DNA of 64,000 bases from Candidatus Tiddalikarchaeum anstoanum. GTDB taxonomy: Archaea > Nanobdellota > Nanobdellia > Tiddalikarchaeales > Tiddalikarchaeaceae. Below are positions 29,762 through 39,527 of the stretch, piece by piece. The stretch spans positions 64,813-128,812 of the forward strand of contig CABMEV010000003.1 of the NCBI GenBank assembly GCA_902385255.1. Reading direction: 5' to 3'. Under the pieces are notes generated by a model. The model was not told the DNA's origin and did not search any database. It saw only the letters and a list, made by a program, of their open reading frames with translations. Both the position numbers and the translations under genes were made by a program. Every line of letters starts with the position of its first letter. Positions within the stretch are counted from its first letter, which is position 1.

Positions 29762-31864
29762 CTAGTTTAAATTATTGATTTTGATTCTTTTCCTGTTTTC
29801 TAAATTTAGAACTTCTTCATGTATTTTTCTCTCTAAATTTTTTTGGCTTGGAATAAAGCCTGTATATTGTTTTTTGAAGAAATTAATATAACTTATTAAA
29901 TCCTGATAAAATTTTTCTTTTTCCGTATTACTAGAATTTTTCTTTAAAGGCTCCAATGTGTTAAGAGGATAGAAGAAACTTAAGTATTCTTCCGGGCGGC
30001 TGTAAAATTCTTTGTTTAAAACTCCAAAAGGGTATATTGCATTTCCAAAATGCAGGTCTTTCTGCCTGGATTCATAATGTTTTTTTATAAATCTATCCCA
30101 TTCTTTTTTCATATCATCAGGTAAATCGTTTCCTTTCGAGTCTTTTAACTCGCTTGTTTTAATGAGTGTAAAATTTGGTTTGCTTGCTGAATATCTTGTA
30201 TTATACATTTTTGACCAGCCGTTTCCACCTTCTGCTTCTGTTAACAGATTTGGCATATAACCTAATTTATACCATCCTCCAAAACATGAAGTTAAAACAT
30301 TTGCGTTTTTATAGAATTGGTACTTGTTAAATAAAGGATTGGCATTGTAAACCCAGCACTTGTGCAGTTTAAAGTCACGGTCAGGCCCGAATGTTATTAT
30401 TGCTTCAACATCCCGTTCCCCATTGTTAACCTTAGTTTTTCCGCTTTGAATAGGTTCAGTTATTGCAGATACGAAAGGTACTGGGCGATTCTGATACTGT
30501 GCAGGAGGACATGTTGTTCCAGGCATTAATACACCCCTCACCATTGAACCGCTCTTTAAACCTGTCCTCACCATTTTAACGTCATAATCCTCTTGGAAGT
30601 TTACTAAATCCCATTTTAATTTAGGTGTTAATAAATCCATACCATATTTTTTAAGAAGGTGAAAATCAACTTGTTTCTCTGTCCATCCAAGAACATAATA
30701 TAAGTAGATGCCTTCACCAATTACGTTTGTAAACAATTTATTAATCCTTGCACGTCTGCTGTCTGCGAGCAATGCTATTCTTGAAGCAGGTTTTCCATCT
30801 TCATTATTATAATTCACAAGCACTTCTTCCAAAAGTTCATTAGGCATGAAAGGGCTTTCAATAACTTCATATAATGTTAATAATGTTTTAACTGCATCAT
30901 CAACTTTTTGCAGATTAAAACTTTCAACCTCTTGATTTTCAGGCAATTCTATACTTATCCTATGGCCTAAACCATTAGAGTAAGCTGTTCCTTTTTTTAA
31001 TGCAATCATAGTCATTATTACATACTTGGTTATTGCAGCATTATTTTCATACTCAGGTCTTCCGCTTAACTTACTTGTGCACAAAAGCGTTGTGTCTGAA
31101 TATTCAGCATTGTCACGGTACTCTATGTATATTGAACCATTTTTTTTAACAATGACGACCGGCTGTTTTATACTAACCTGGTGGACTAGCTTGTCTTTCT
31201 TTGTTGCGCTGTCAACGTCAAATTTTCCAAAATGGCCTTTATACTGGCCTTTGATGAATATGTCTAAAGCGAATTTTTCATCATTAAAGCCTACAGTGTT
31301 AAAGTCAATTTTTTTCCTGTCATTATCATAAAACTCTAACATGTCAAGTATTGTTCTGTTAGGGGCTTTTTTTCCATCAACTATTTTGTAATCTACAGGC
31401 CTGCTGCCGTAAAAGTATAATACGGCTTTAATATGGTCCATCAAACCGTAAGTTAGGTAATAATCTTCTTGATGGTCTGTCAAAATATCTTGGCGTTCAA
31501 GTCTCGCTCCGAAACATCTTGGAACATTCGGAGCCTCATGGTCATTAAGTTTTTCATTGAAAGGTCCGACTAAGTTGCTGTTAGCATACCTTCCAGAATT
31601 ATATTGTGACTTGACAAAAGAACCTATGACTCCGTCATCAATGCTTTCAGCGTTGCAGAACCTGTTTGTGGAATTATTTAATGGGTCTATATTTGATGAA
31701 ATACCTTTCTCATTGAACTTATCGCGCATATATTGCGTAATTGGAAAAACATTGCCGTATTTTTGCACTAATTTGTTGTATACTTTTATCCCTCCATAAT
31801 TGATTATGAATTCAGTTAGGAACGCTTCCTGTACATTAAGTAATTCATTAAGAGTAATACTCAT
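29762..31864 (-). CDS. Large hypothetical protein (700 aa), no recognisable family
   Basis: Long intact ORF with globular, non-repetitive composition; no signal peptide or TM helix evident; no motif recognised. Confidence 0.3.
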   Translation of the reverse strand: MSITLNELLNVQEAFLTEFIINYGGIKVYNKLVQKYGNVFPITQYMRDKFNEKGISSNIDPLNNSTNRFCNAESIDDGVIGSFVKSQYNSGRYANSNLVGPFNEKLNDHEAPNVPRCFGARLERQDILTDHQEDYYLTYGLMDHIKAVLYFYGSRPVDYKIVDGKKAPNRTILDMLEFYDNDRKKIDFNTVGFNDEKFALDIFIKGQYKGHFGKFDVDSATKKDKLVHQVSIKQPVVIVKKNGSIYIEYRDNAEYSDTTLLCTSKLSGRPEYENNAAITKYVIMTMIALKKGTAYSNGLGHRISIELPENQEVESFNLQKVDDAVKTLLTLYEVIESPFMPNELLEEVLVNYNNEDGKPASRIALLADSRRARINKLFTNVIGEGIYLYYVLGWTEKQVDFHLLKKYGMDLLTPKLKWDLVNFQEDYDVKMVRTGLKSGSMVRGVLMPGTTCPPAQYQNRPVPFVSAITEPIQSGKTKVNNGERDVEAIITFGPDRDFKLHKCWVYNANPLFNKYQFYKNANVLTSCFGGWYKLGYMPNLLTEAEGGNGWSKMYNTRYSASKPNFTLIKTSELKDSKGNDLPDDMKKEWDRFIKKHYESRQKDLHFGNAIYPFGVLNKEFYSRPEEYLSFFYPLNTLEPLKKNSSNTEKEKFYQDLISYINFFKKQYTGFIPSQKNLERKIHEEVLNLENRKRIKINNLN

Positions 31865-31925
31865 CTTGATTAATTAGTTTAAACTATCTTATTTATAAAA
31901 TTTAGCACCACGTTAAGTTGTTGTA

Positions 31926-33707
31926 TTATCCCATTCCCCATGTTGCCTGGGTTTTTCTTTTAATTTCAGCTATCTGTTTTAACACTTCTATCTCGCCTTT
32001 TGTCAGGAAACTCTTTAATTCGTTTTTGATTTTTAGGAAGTCCTTTTCAGGAATGCTTGTGTATAATATTTCCTTGTTGAACAAGTCTTTCTCATAAGTT
32101 GCACCTTCAATGCTGCATGCCACTCGTTCGTGCTCCTTAACCTGCGTGATTGAGACTCCATTATCCTGGAGGTCTTTGATGTGTCCGACAACAGTTCCGG
32201 ATTCATTGATTACATCAACGTTTGTTTTTAACACGCCGTTCAATACTTCAACGCCTACGATTGCAGGCTTGCTCTTCCGGAATACGAATTCGCCAAGCAC
32301 CTGAATCTTTGAAGGTATGACTACGCTGTTTAATGCCTCCCTCTTCTTCTCCTCCATTATCTCATTCTTCCATCTGTCATACTGTTCAAATAAATGGTAG
32401 ATAACGTCAGCTGTGATAATGTTTATCCTCTGCTTGTCAGCGAGCATTTTAGCATCGTCCAATACTTTAACGCCGAAACCCATGATGACTCCATAATACA
32501 AGTCTTTCTGCTTCATCTGCACTGCATCTAATACATCCATCTTGTTAATGTCCCCAATACCTGCCTTGCATAATGAAATTCCCTTGCTTGTCAAGAAAAC
32601 ATTTAATGCTTCAAGGCTGCCTAAACTATCAGCTTTGAGAACTATGCCTTCTTTAGAAATATCCAGTATTACGCTTTTAATGTCCTCTTTCATCTTTTTA
32701 GCAATTACTAATGCTTCCTTCATGTCTTTTGCACTTTCAAGAGGCATTCCCGCTATTGCTTTTTCAAGATTGGGCGCGGATATCCTTATCCCTCTCGCTG
32801 CAACTATTGAGTCTTTCTTTTCAAAGCTGCATTTCTTATCCCTTATCTCCTGAAGTGGACATGGTTCGAGCAACGCCCTAATCTTGGTGATTATTGGCTC
32901 GTCAGCTCCGCCTACAACTATTAATTGGTCTTTGTTTATTACCCCGTCGTATAAGATGACATCTATCACTGTTCCAAGACCTACTGCTTCCTTAACCTCT
33001 AATACGCTCCCTTTTGCATTGGCTGATTTAATCTCCAAATTCTTGGATAAGTATTTCTGCGCGAGTCCGCTGATTACGACTAATAATTCACTGATTCCTT
33101 CCCCTGTTACTGCACTGCAAGGTACTATTGCAACACTCTTTGTGAAATCATTGATATTATTGAATAAGTCGCAGTTAATTCCGTAAGTTGCTAATTCATT
33201 CATGAAGTTATAGACTTTATTCTGGATGATATCTTTCACCTGCTGGTTTTGGTGTTTAATGCTCTCCAAGTAAGATGATGTTTTCTGAGGAACCCAGCCG
33301 TTAACCAAGTCTACTTTATTTGCCGCTATCACAAAAGGCACTTTGAAGCTTTTTAGAATCTCTATGCTTTCCCTAGTCTGAGGCTGCACTCCCTGGCTGA
33401 TATCAATAACTAATATTGCTATGTTTGCAACGCTCCCCCCCCTCTTTCTTAAGTTGCTAAATGCTTCATGGCCTGGCGTGTCGATAGCAAGAAGTCCTGG
33501 GATTTCAAGAGTTATTCCGAATTTTTTCAGTAAGTCTCCGCTTAACTCTTCAATCTTGCTGGCTGGAATCTCAGTTGCCCCAATGCACTGGGTCATTCCC
33601 CCAAGCTCTGATTTTTGAACAGCAGTCTCCCTAATCTTGTCGAGTAGTGTGCTCTTTCCGTGGTCTACGTGGCCGACTACAACGATGATTGGACTCCTTA
33701 GTGGCAT
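31926..33707 (-). CDS. infB: Translation initiation factor aIF5B (IF2-like GTPase)
   Basis: VVGHVDHGKSTLLDKIR (G1), DTPGHEAF (G3), NKVD (G4). Size of 593 aa indicates no intein. Confidence 0.85.
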   Translation of the reverse strand: MPLRSPIIVVVGHVDHGKSTLLDKIRETAVQKSELGGMTQCIGATEIPASKIEELSGDLLKKFGITLEIPGLLAIDTPGHEAFSNLRKRGGSVANIAILVIDISQGVQPQTRESIEILKSFKVPFVIAANKVDLVNGWVPQKTSSYLESIKHQNQQVKDIIQNKVYNFMNELATYGINCDLFNNINDFTKSVAIVPCSAVTGEGISELLVVISGLAQKYLSKNLEIKSANAKGSVLEVKEAVGLGTVIDVILYDGVINKDQLIVVGGADEPIITKIRALLEPCPLQEIRDKKCSFEKKDSIVAARGIRISAPNLEKAIAGMPLESAKDMKEALVIAKKMKEDIKSVILDISKEGIVLKADSLGSLEALNVFLTSKGISLCKAGIGDINKMDVLDAVQMKQKDLYYGVIMGFGVKVLDDAKMLADKQRINIITADVIYHLFEQYDRWKNEIMEEKKREALNSVVIPSKIQVLGEFVFRKSKPAIVGVEVLNGVLKTNVDVINESGTVVGHIKDLQDNGVSITQVKEHERVACSIEGATYEKDLFNKEILYTSIPEKDFLKIKNELKSFLTKGEIEVLKQIAEIKRKTQATWGMG

Positions 33708-33802
33708 AATAATTATTTAATAAATAATATTTTATAAAACCTTACTTATTAGTCAATTATCTTACAAAAAAGCTTATAAGTTTAGTAAATTTCTCATTTG
33801 GG

Positions 33803-35137
33803 ATGATTCAGTATTCATTGGATGCTATTGTCGGCAGGGCTAATATTCAAAACGTATTATTAGGTTTGTACAATGAGCAGGGTTTAAATTTTTCCAAAAA
33901 AGGCACCACACTTGTAATACGACCTGACACTTTAATGCCTGCATCTTATATAACTTCAAATAATGTGTATTCTATGCCTGATTTGAAAGGCGTATTATCC
34001 CTTGAACTTCACGGACTAATGAATCCTGAAAAATATGTTGAAGAGAAAGGCAACTGGTTTTCTCATAACTATTTCAACTGGCATCCTATCCCTTTCGTTA
34101 AGAATACTATATTAGTGAAAGCAGGGGCGAAGATTGAAGATATGCATTCAGTTATAGTTTCCCCTTATGCTAAAATAGAAGCTCCAGGATTCTATGAAGA
34201 CAGGGCTTTTGATGACCTTTGCAAGGTTGTTATTAAGAACTGGACTTTTGTAGGCGAACAGGCGCATATCAGAACCAGGTATTTGAAGGATGGCGTATTA
34301 ACCGTTGGTCCCGCAGTTATTGGAAGAAACTGCATGCCTGGCGGAGCCTGCGATATAGGTCCTGGTGTTGTTATGGAAGACGGCTCCACCGTAGGTGCTG
34401 AGCGCTTCCATGGAGTTGTTGAAGCTTACACTTCATACGCGCCGCATTACATGCATAGTGAAGGAGTTATCCCTGAGCCTTTGCTTGAGGAGCGCATAAA
34501 ACTTGCCAAAGTCATAATTGATACGAGTCATAGGCTGTTAAACACTGACTATGAAGGCAGGGAAGTTTTCCTATCATGGAGGACGGGCAGCAATAATATT
34601 TACGTGTCGCCTAATTTTCCACTCAAGGAGAACTCGTTAGAGTACTCGGATTATAACGTGCGTAAAGCAGTCACAGGTAATAATCCAATCATCGGAGTTG
34701 TCTTTACAGGATTAAGCGAGGGGATTAGCAAAATATTCACCCCTAATAATATGGCAAGACTGTTATTTAACAGGGTGACTACTCAGCTTGCAAACAAAGT
34801 CAGGGGTGAAGGTGCACTTAAGAAAATGCTTGACAATTTGACTGGCATGCATGTTGGGGAAAACAGCGATGCAGGTCTTGACACATTCATAGACTATTTG
34901 CATCCGGAGCTTTGCTACGTCGGCAACAATGTCAAGATTCATCCTTATTCAGGAATGCCTGTCCACGCTTACAGGACTATCAAAGTTGGCAGCGTAATCC
35001 AGCATGTATTATCACTTGGAATACTTCACATCAGCGACGACTGCGAGTTCGGAAGGACATTGTTCTATCCGGGAACGTACATCGCGAAAGGCAAAAAGTT
35101 CGGCAAGAACTTCACATTGCACGGAGTATTTTCGTAA
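33803..35137 (+). CDS. Hypothetical protein (444 aa) with Gly-rich segment
   Basis: GPAVIGRNCMPGGACDIGPGVVMEDGSTVGAE glycine-rich stretch; family not recognised. Confidence 0.3.
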   Translation: MIQYSLDAIVGRANIQNVLLGLYNEQGLNFSKKGTTLVIRPDTLMPASYITSNNVYSMPDLKGVLSLELHGLMNPEKYVEEKGNWFSHNYFNWHPIPFVKNTILVKAGAKIEDMHSVIVSPYAKIEAPGFYEDRAFDDLCKVVIKNWTFVGEQAHIRTRYLKDGVLTVGPAVIGRNCMPGGACDIGPGVVMEDGSTVGAERFHGVVEAYTSYAPHYMHSEGVIPEPLLEERIKLAKVIIDTSHRLLNTDYEGREVFLSWRTGSNNIYVSPNFPLKENSLEYSDYNVRKAVTGNNPIIGVVFTGLSEGISKIFTPNNMARLLFNRVTTQLANKVRGEGALKKMLDNLTGMHVGENSDAGLDTFIDYLHPELCYVGNNVKIHPYSGMPVHAYRTIKVGSVIQHVLSLGILHISDDCEFGRTLFYPGTYIAKGKKFGKNFTLHGVFS

Positions 35138-35184
35138 AAATACTCAAAATTTAAAAAATCCGGCTTAGTTTATTTAATTTTAAA

Positions 35185-35687
35185 ATGGCTGAAGAATTTC
35201 TGGACTTAGTTGACGAGAATGACAATGTAATAGGCGTTGATTCAAGGGCTAATATTTACAGGGAAGGAAAAGGCAATAATATCAGGGTCATAAATATTTT
35301 ATTATTCAACTCTAAGGAGAATTACTTGTGCCAAAAAGGTCGATGAACAGGAGTTTATTCCCAGGCAGGTATGATTTCTCATGCGGCGAGCACGTAATAT
35401 CAGGGGAGGATTATTACTCTGCAGCGCTTCGCGGCGTAAAGGAAGAATTGGGGCTGGAAGATATTCATTTAGTCGAGGTTGGCAAGATAGGCTGCAAAGA
35501 AGGGGCAAGCTCCTTCATGAAGGTTTACAAAGCAGTCTATGACGGGAAAATAAAATGCTATGATAAGGATGGGATTTCTGAAATAAAATATTATTCGCTT
35601 GATAAAATTTTTGATATGATGAAGAAGGATATTAATACGTTCAAGCCAGACTTTAAAGTAGTGTTAAACTGGTATTTGAATAAATAG
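35185..35687 (+). CDS. Nudix hydrolase, interrupted by a frameshift at an A5 run (35332-35336)
   Basis: Frame 1 gives MAEEFLDLVDENDNVIGV...INILLFNSKENYLCQKGR*; frame 3 continues ...KRSMNRSLFPGRYDFSCGEHVISGEDYYSAALRGVKEELGL (Nudix box). One extra A would join the frames. Confidence 0.55.
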
Positions 35688-35693
35688 AAAAAT

Positions 35694-35927
35694 TTATTGT
35701 TTTATTACTTCTGTTTCAAAGCCTTCTTCCTTGCCGAATTTCTCTATGACTTTGACCACTTCTTTCAGGTCTTTCTCTTCCATATTGACCATGAATGATA
35801 ATTCAGTGGCTAAGCCGCCGTTGGCCAAAGTATTGTGCTCTTCGAAGACTTGAAGTATTTTCTTTTCAAGCTTTTTCAATTTAGGACTAGCTTCCTCTTT
35901 TGATAAAACAATTAATGCTTCAACCAT
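35694..35927 (-). CDS. Small hypothetical protein
   Basis: 77 aa charged protein, no motif recognised. Confidence 0.25.
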   Translation of the reverse strand: MVEALIVLSKEEASPKLKKLEKKILQVFEEHNTLANGGLATELSFMVNMEEKDLKEVVKVIEKFGKEEGFETEVIKQ

Positions 35928-35943
35928 AATATAATAAAAAGTG

Positions 35944-36510
35944 TTATTGTTTATTTTTAAGCTTTATGTACTTTTTCTCCTTCTTGCCTTCTCCCACAGT
36001 ATATACTTCTACTTTGAATTTTTTATTCTTGGCCTTTAATATGAAGTAGTCAAACTCTTCAGGGTTCTTCGGATAAAACTGCACTATAGCAGTGCTTCCT
36101 TTTTTTAAAACCCTGCTTAGTTCCGAAAGTGCTGTTTCGTATTCCTCAGGCTTTAGCCACTGCACGGTGCTGATTGATACTGCGCCGTCAAATGATTCAT
36201 CTTTGAAAGGGAGGTTTCGAATGTCGCACTCTGCCAACTTTTTTATCTTCTTGTTCTTTGCAAGAATTATCATATTTCTGCTGATGTCGCATCCTACAGC
36301 GTCAAATCCTTTATCCAGTAATACTCTGGTTGAGAATCCTGTGCCGCACCCTAAGTCCAGTATTAAAGAGTCTTTTTTGAAATTGGCAATCTCGAGAGCG
36401 TCAAGAGTCATCCCTGTTTGTATTCGAAGAAATGCTCCGCTCTTGTCGTAAAGTTCAGATTGGTTTTTAGAATAATAAAAAAGAGGGTTTGTTCCAAGAA
36501 TGTCGCTCAT
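35944..36510 (-). CDS. Class I SAM-dependent methyltransferase
   Basis: ILDLGCGTGFSTRVL motif I and acidic CDIS. Start placed at internal Met (MSDILG) whose ATG overlaps the L24e stop (ATGA); track ORF extends to 36531. Confidence 0.6.
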   Translation of the reverse strand: MSDILGTNPLFYYSKNQSELYDKSGAFLRIQTGMTLDALEIANFKKDSLILDLGCGTGFSTRVLLDKGFDAVGCDISRNMIILAKNKKIKKLAECDIRNLPFKDESFDGAVSISTVQWLKPEEYETALSELSRVLKKGSTAIVQFYPKNPEEFDYFILKAKNKKFKVEVYTVGEGKKEKKYIKLKNKQ

Positions 36511-36674
36511 TCTTCTCTTTTCTTGCTCCACTTCATATTGTTCTGGTTTCTGCCTAAGTTAAGCATGTTTCTTTCGCACTTTTTTGAGCAGAATTCTAAG
36601 ACTTTTCCGTCTTTTCTTACGAACATTAATCCCTTGCCTTTCTCTACTAATTTGCTGCAGAAAATGCATTTCAT
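36507..36674 (-). CDS. rpl24e: Ribosomal protein L24e
   Basis: 56 aa, below the ORF-track cutoff; [37 protein letters not shown] matches the L24e zinc-binding N-terminus. ATG overlaps the S28e stop. Confidence 0.75.
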   Translation of the reverse strand: MKCIFCSKLVEKGKGLMFVRKDGKVLEFCSKKCERNMLNLGRNQNNMKWSKKREE

Positions 36675-36888
36675 TTGCGTTTTCCTCCGCTGCTAAGTGG
36701 GCTTGCTTCCATCTCAGTCTCTAAGAGCATTAGTATGTCGTCAATCCTGACAGGTCCTTTTACGTTTCTTCTAATAATCTTATCTTTATCCCTGCCTGTT
36801 AATATCTTGACCCTTACTTGTGTTGCGTCTCCCCTAACTCCTGTTCTTCCTATTAGTTCAACTACTTTTCCCTGGTAGCGTTACTCAT
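36671..36888 (-). CDS. rps28e: Ribosomal protein S28e, apparent frameshift at an A4 run (36866-36869)
   Basis: Conserved [51 protein letters not shown] core lacks an in-frame ATG (preceded by TAA at 36881-36883). An ATG at 36886-36888 in the +1 frame joins if one A is added, giving [17 protein letters not shown]... Confidence 0.65.
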
Positions 36889-36983
36889 TAAGGTTGACTT
36901 TCTCTACTTTAACGTTCTTCTTAATACCTTCTTCAGGATTCTCGTCCTTTGCCTTATTTTTTCCTTTACTGCCACCCATATTT

Positions 36984-37355
36984 TCACTTCTTCTTGTAAG
37001 TAGCTATTTTTTCTTTAACTTCTATAAGTGCATTCTTTCCTTCGCCTGCATCTAGAATTACTGCGCTAGCTGTTGGCACTGTAACGCCTACTGCTTCGCC
37101 GACGTATTTCTTATTTTTAACGAAAATGTATGATATTCCTTTTTCATCACAAAGTGCAGGTAAATGCATTACTATCTCCGGAGGTTCGACATCTTTAGCT
37201 ATAATTACTAATTTTGCTATACCTCTTTCTATTGCTTTTGTTACCTCATTAGTTCCTTTTTTTACTTTTCCACTATTTTTTGCAACAGCAAATACTTCTA
37301 GCACTTTCTGCTGTATATCATCTGGTACTTCAAATGTTACATATGAAACCATCAA
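36984..37355 (-). CDS. rpl7ae: Ribosomal protein L7Ae
   Basis: KGTNEVTKAIERGIAKLVIIAKDVEPPEIVMHLPALCDEKGISY is the L7Ae/L30e signature; heads the conserved L7Ae-S28e-L24e gene order. Confidence 0.85.
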   Translation of the reverse strand: MMVSYVTFEVPDDIQQKVLEVFAVAKNSGKVKKGTNEVTKAIERGIAKLVIIAKDVEPPEIVMHLPALCDEKGISYIFVKNKKYVGEAVGVTVPTASAVILDAGEGKNALIEVKEKIATYKKK

Positions 37356-37509
37356 ACATCACTCTCCCTTTTTATTGAATAAATAGTACTACAACGCCTT
37401 TAAAAACTTTATGAAAACTAATTATCCAGCTTGAATAACTACTTTAAAGGAGTAATTAATATTTTTAATAAGGATTATTTAGTTCTAATGCAGGGTTGAG
37501 TTTTAAAAA

Positions 37510-38076
37510 ATGGGTTTGTCATTAGAAAAACTGGTTTATTTGCACGAAAAGGTCAATGAGTCACTGCTTAATAAAAAACCAGTTCTGGAGAGTTCTAATT
37601 TAAAAGGCAAAAAACTGATTTTATTAGGCTATACTGATTATCTTCCTTTTGATACTATAGAAAGACTTTCAAATTATGGAATCGGAAAGAATAATATATA
37701 CCTTGTAGAAGTTCCTCAGGAAGCTTTTGACAGCTTTTCTAAATTTAATTCTTATTCACAGGCGGATTTTCTTAGCGAATCACTTAAAAAAAGTACAGGT
37801 ACTCCGGAATCACCATGCTTAAACATTGCAAAACTGCTTTTTTTTGAACCTTATTTTATGGTTCCTGTCGCGGATGACTCATTTAAGAATGAGGTACGTG
37901 ACAGCGTAATAGACAGGTATGTACTGTCATGGATTGATGTGATTGGAAAAAACTTGGACCCCACCCTGTTTAATGACATAGTTTTCTTTGGAGGAAAACT
38001 TCATGTAAACTATTTGGAACTTAAAGCAAAACTTGGCAGGTTTAACAATCTAAACTACAAAATTAAGATATTCTAA
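37510..38076 (+). CDS. Hypothetical protein
   Basis: 188 aa, no motif recognised. Confidence 0.25.
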   Translation: MGLSLEKLVYLHEKVNESLLNKKPVLESSNLKGKKLILLGYTDYLPFDTIERLSNYGIGKNNIYLVEVPQEAFDSFSKFNSYSQADFLSESLKKSTGTPESPCLNIAKLLFFEPYFMVPVADDSFKNEVRDSVIDRYVLSWIDVIGKNLDPTLFNDIVFFGGKLHVNYLELKAKLGRFNNLNYKIKIF

Positions 38077-38080
38077 TAAC

Positions 38081-38887
38081 TTATTGAAATTCAGGTTCTT
38101 CATCTATTTGATATTTTTCTTCAACAGTGCTGTTGTAACTTTTTATGAGTTCGTTTTTTATTGCTTTAGGATTGGATGCGAATACTAATTGTTTATTGTT
38201 AACTGATAAATCAAACATTTGCTTTGATGCGTTTATTACATCAATATCAGTCAATAATCCGAATGTTTTGTCCCCGCCGTAAAAATTTTCATTTGATAGC
38301 CTCAATGCTTCTTTTTTGATGGCTAAGTACATATCTTCGAAAAAAACGTATTTTTTTTGTATAATATCCCTTTTAATCTTAAGAAATTCTGAAACTTTAA
38401 TATCTGGATTTTTATCTAATATAGTTAACACATTATTTGCCATTTTTTTTGTAATACTTGTATATATGTCTCTTTCGCTGAAATTTAAACGGGAGACATC
38501 GGAGCATAATGAATCTACAAACTCGTTTACTTTGGAATTTACTTCATGTTTGTGCGCTTCTTCTAACTCTTCTTTTATATATTCCCTGATTAACTTTAAT
38601 GTGTTCTTTTCATTTTCCTTGTAATTGAATTGTGAAGCGATTATTTTATTGGCGATGTAGTAACTGCAGTTTTTTAATTTGTTAATCTCATCGTTAGTAT
38701 AGTTTTGTTCGCCTCTTGATGTTGCAACTAGATAAGTTATATTTGCTAACAACTCAAAGTCTTTATTACTTTCAGCAGCCAGCTCTTTCAATGGCGTGAG
38801 TATACTATCTAATGAAACCATGCCCAATCTAGAAATGAATCCCTTTATAAGTATTTCTAATTTGTTGTCACTTTGTGGTGGTTGCAT
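38081..38887 (-). CDS. Hypothetical protein
   Basis: 268 aa, no motif recognised; start abuts the stop of the upstream ORF (38887). Confidence 0.25.
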   Translation of the reverse strand: MQPPQSDNKLEILIKGFISRLGMVSLDSILTPLKELAAESNKDFELLANITYLVATSRGEQNYTNDEINKLKNCSYYIANKIIASQFNYKENEKNTLKLIREYIKEELEEAHKHEVNSKVNEFVDSLCSDVSRLNFSERDIYTSITKKMANNVLTILDKNPDIKVSEFLKIKRDIIQKKYVFFEDMYLAIKKEALRLSNENFYGGDKTFGLLTDIDVINASKQMFDLSVNNKQLVFASNPKAIKNELIKSYNSTVEEKYQIDEEPEFQ

Positions 38888-39393
38888 TACTCATCGTCTG
38901 TTATTAAAGGCATTTCCTGAACCACGTTTAAGGCTTTTTTGAGCATTTCAGAGCTAACTACATTATATTTATTTTTGCATTTTTTAATTAAATCAGTATT
39001 AATATAAGGATATATAAAACTCAGTTTTGAAGAAATAGTGTCATTATTCACGCTAAGAACCCTTAACAAATAAGTGTATTCTTTATTGAAACTAAGCAGC
39101 CTCAATTTGTACTCATTATCCCTTTTATGATAGCAGAAACTAACATTAGTAAAGACATCTTTCATTAAATTCTTGTTCTTAATCGATGAGTTAATCTTTC
39201 TTTCAAGGGAGTTAACGCTGGAATCTAACTTTTCTATTATTTTTATAATATTATCCTCAACTGTAAATATGGCAACATTTAAATCAGTATTTAATAAGCC
39301 CAAACTTACATAACCCTCGCTTTTAACTAAGGGTTTTATTAGCAAAGCTGCATCATTGGCGCTTCCGTGTTCAAGAATTTCATACAAGTTCAT
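38887..39393 (-). CDS. Hypothetical protein
   Basis: 168 aa, no motif recognised. Confidence 0.25.
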   Translation of the reverse strand: MNLYEILEHGSANDAALLIKPLVKSEGYVSLGLLNTDLNVAIFTVEDNIIKIIEKLDSSVNSLERKINSSIKNKNLMKDVFTNVSFCYHKRDNEYKLRLLSFNKEYTYLLRVLSVNNDTISSKLSFIYPYINTDLIKKCKNKYNVVSSEMLKKALNVVQEMPLITDDE

Positions 39394-39527
39394 TAAAAAT
39401 CAAAAAAAATTAATGTTCTATCTCTTTTAAGGTTTAGTCTTAATCACTTAGTGGTAACCTTCATTTTTTTGTAACTACTCTTTAGTAAAACTATCTTTTT
39501 TAAATAAGAACTCTTGGACTAACAATT

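Noticed and set aside
36881-36883. In-frame TAA immediately before the conserved S28e core, considered as possible stop-codon reassignment or readthrough
   Set aside because: TAA terminates other conserved genes at the expected position (for example TBP ends ...KEEK-TAA), so a recoded TAA is unlikely. A single-A indel in the adjacent A4 run restores a canonical S28e, which is the simpler explanation.
37356-37509. Possible K-turn or L7Ae autoregulatory leader or ncRNA upstream of the L7Ae gene
   Set aside because: The AT-rich sequence shows no convincing stem-loop or K-turn motif that I could fold by hand.
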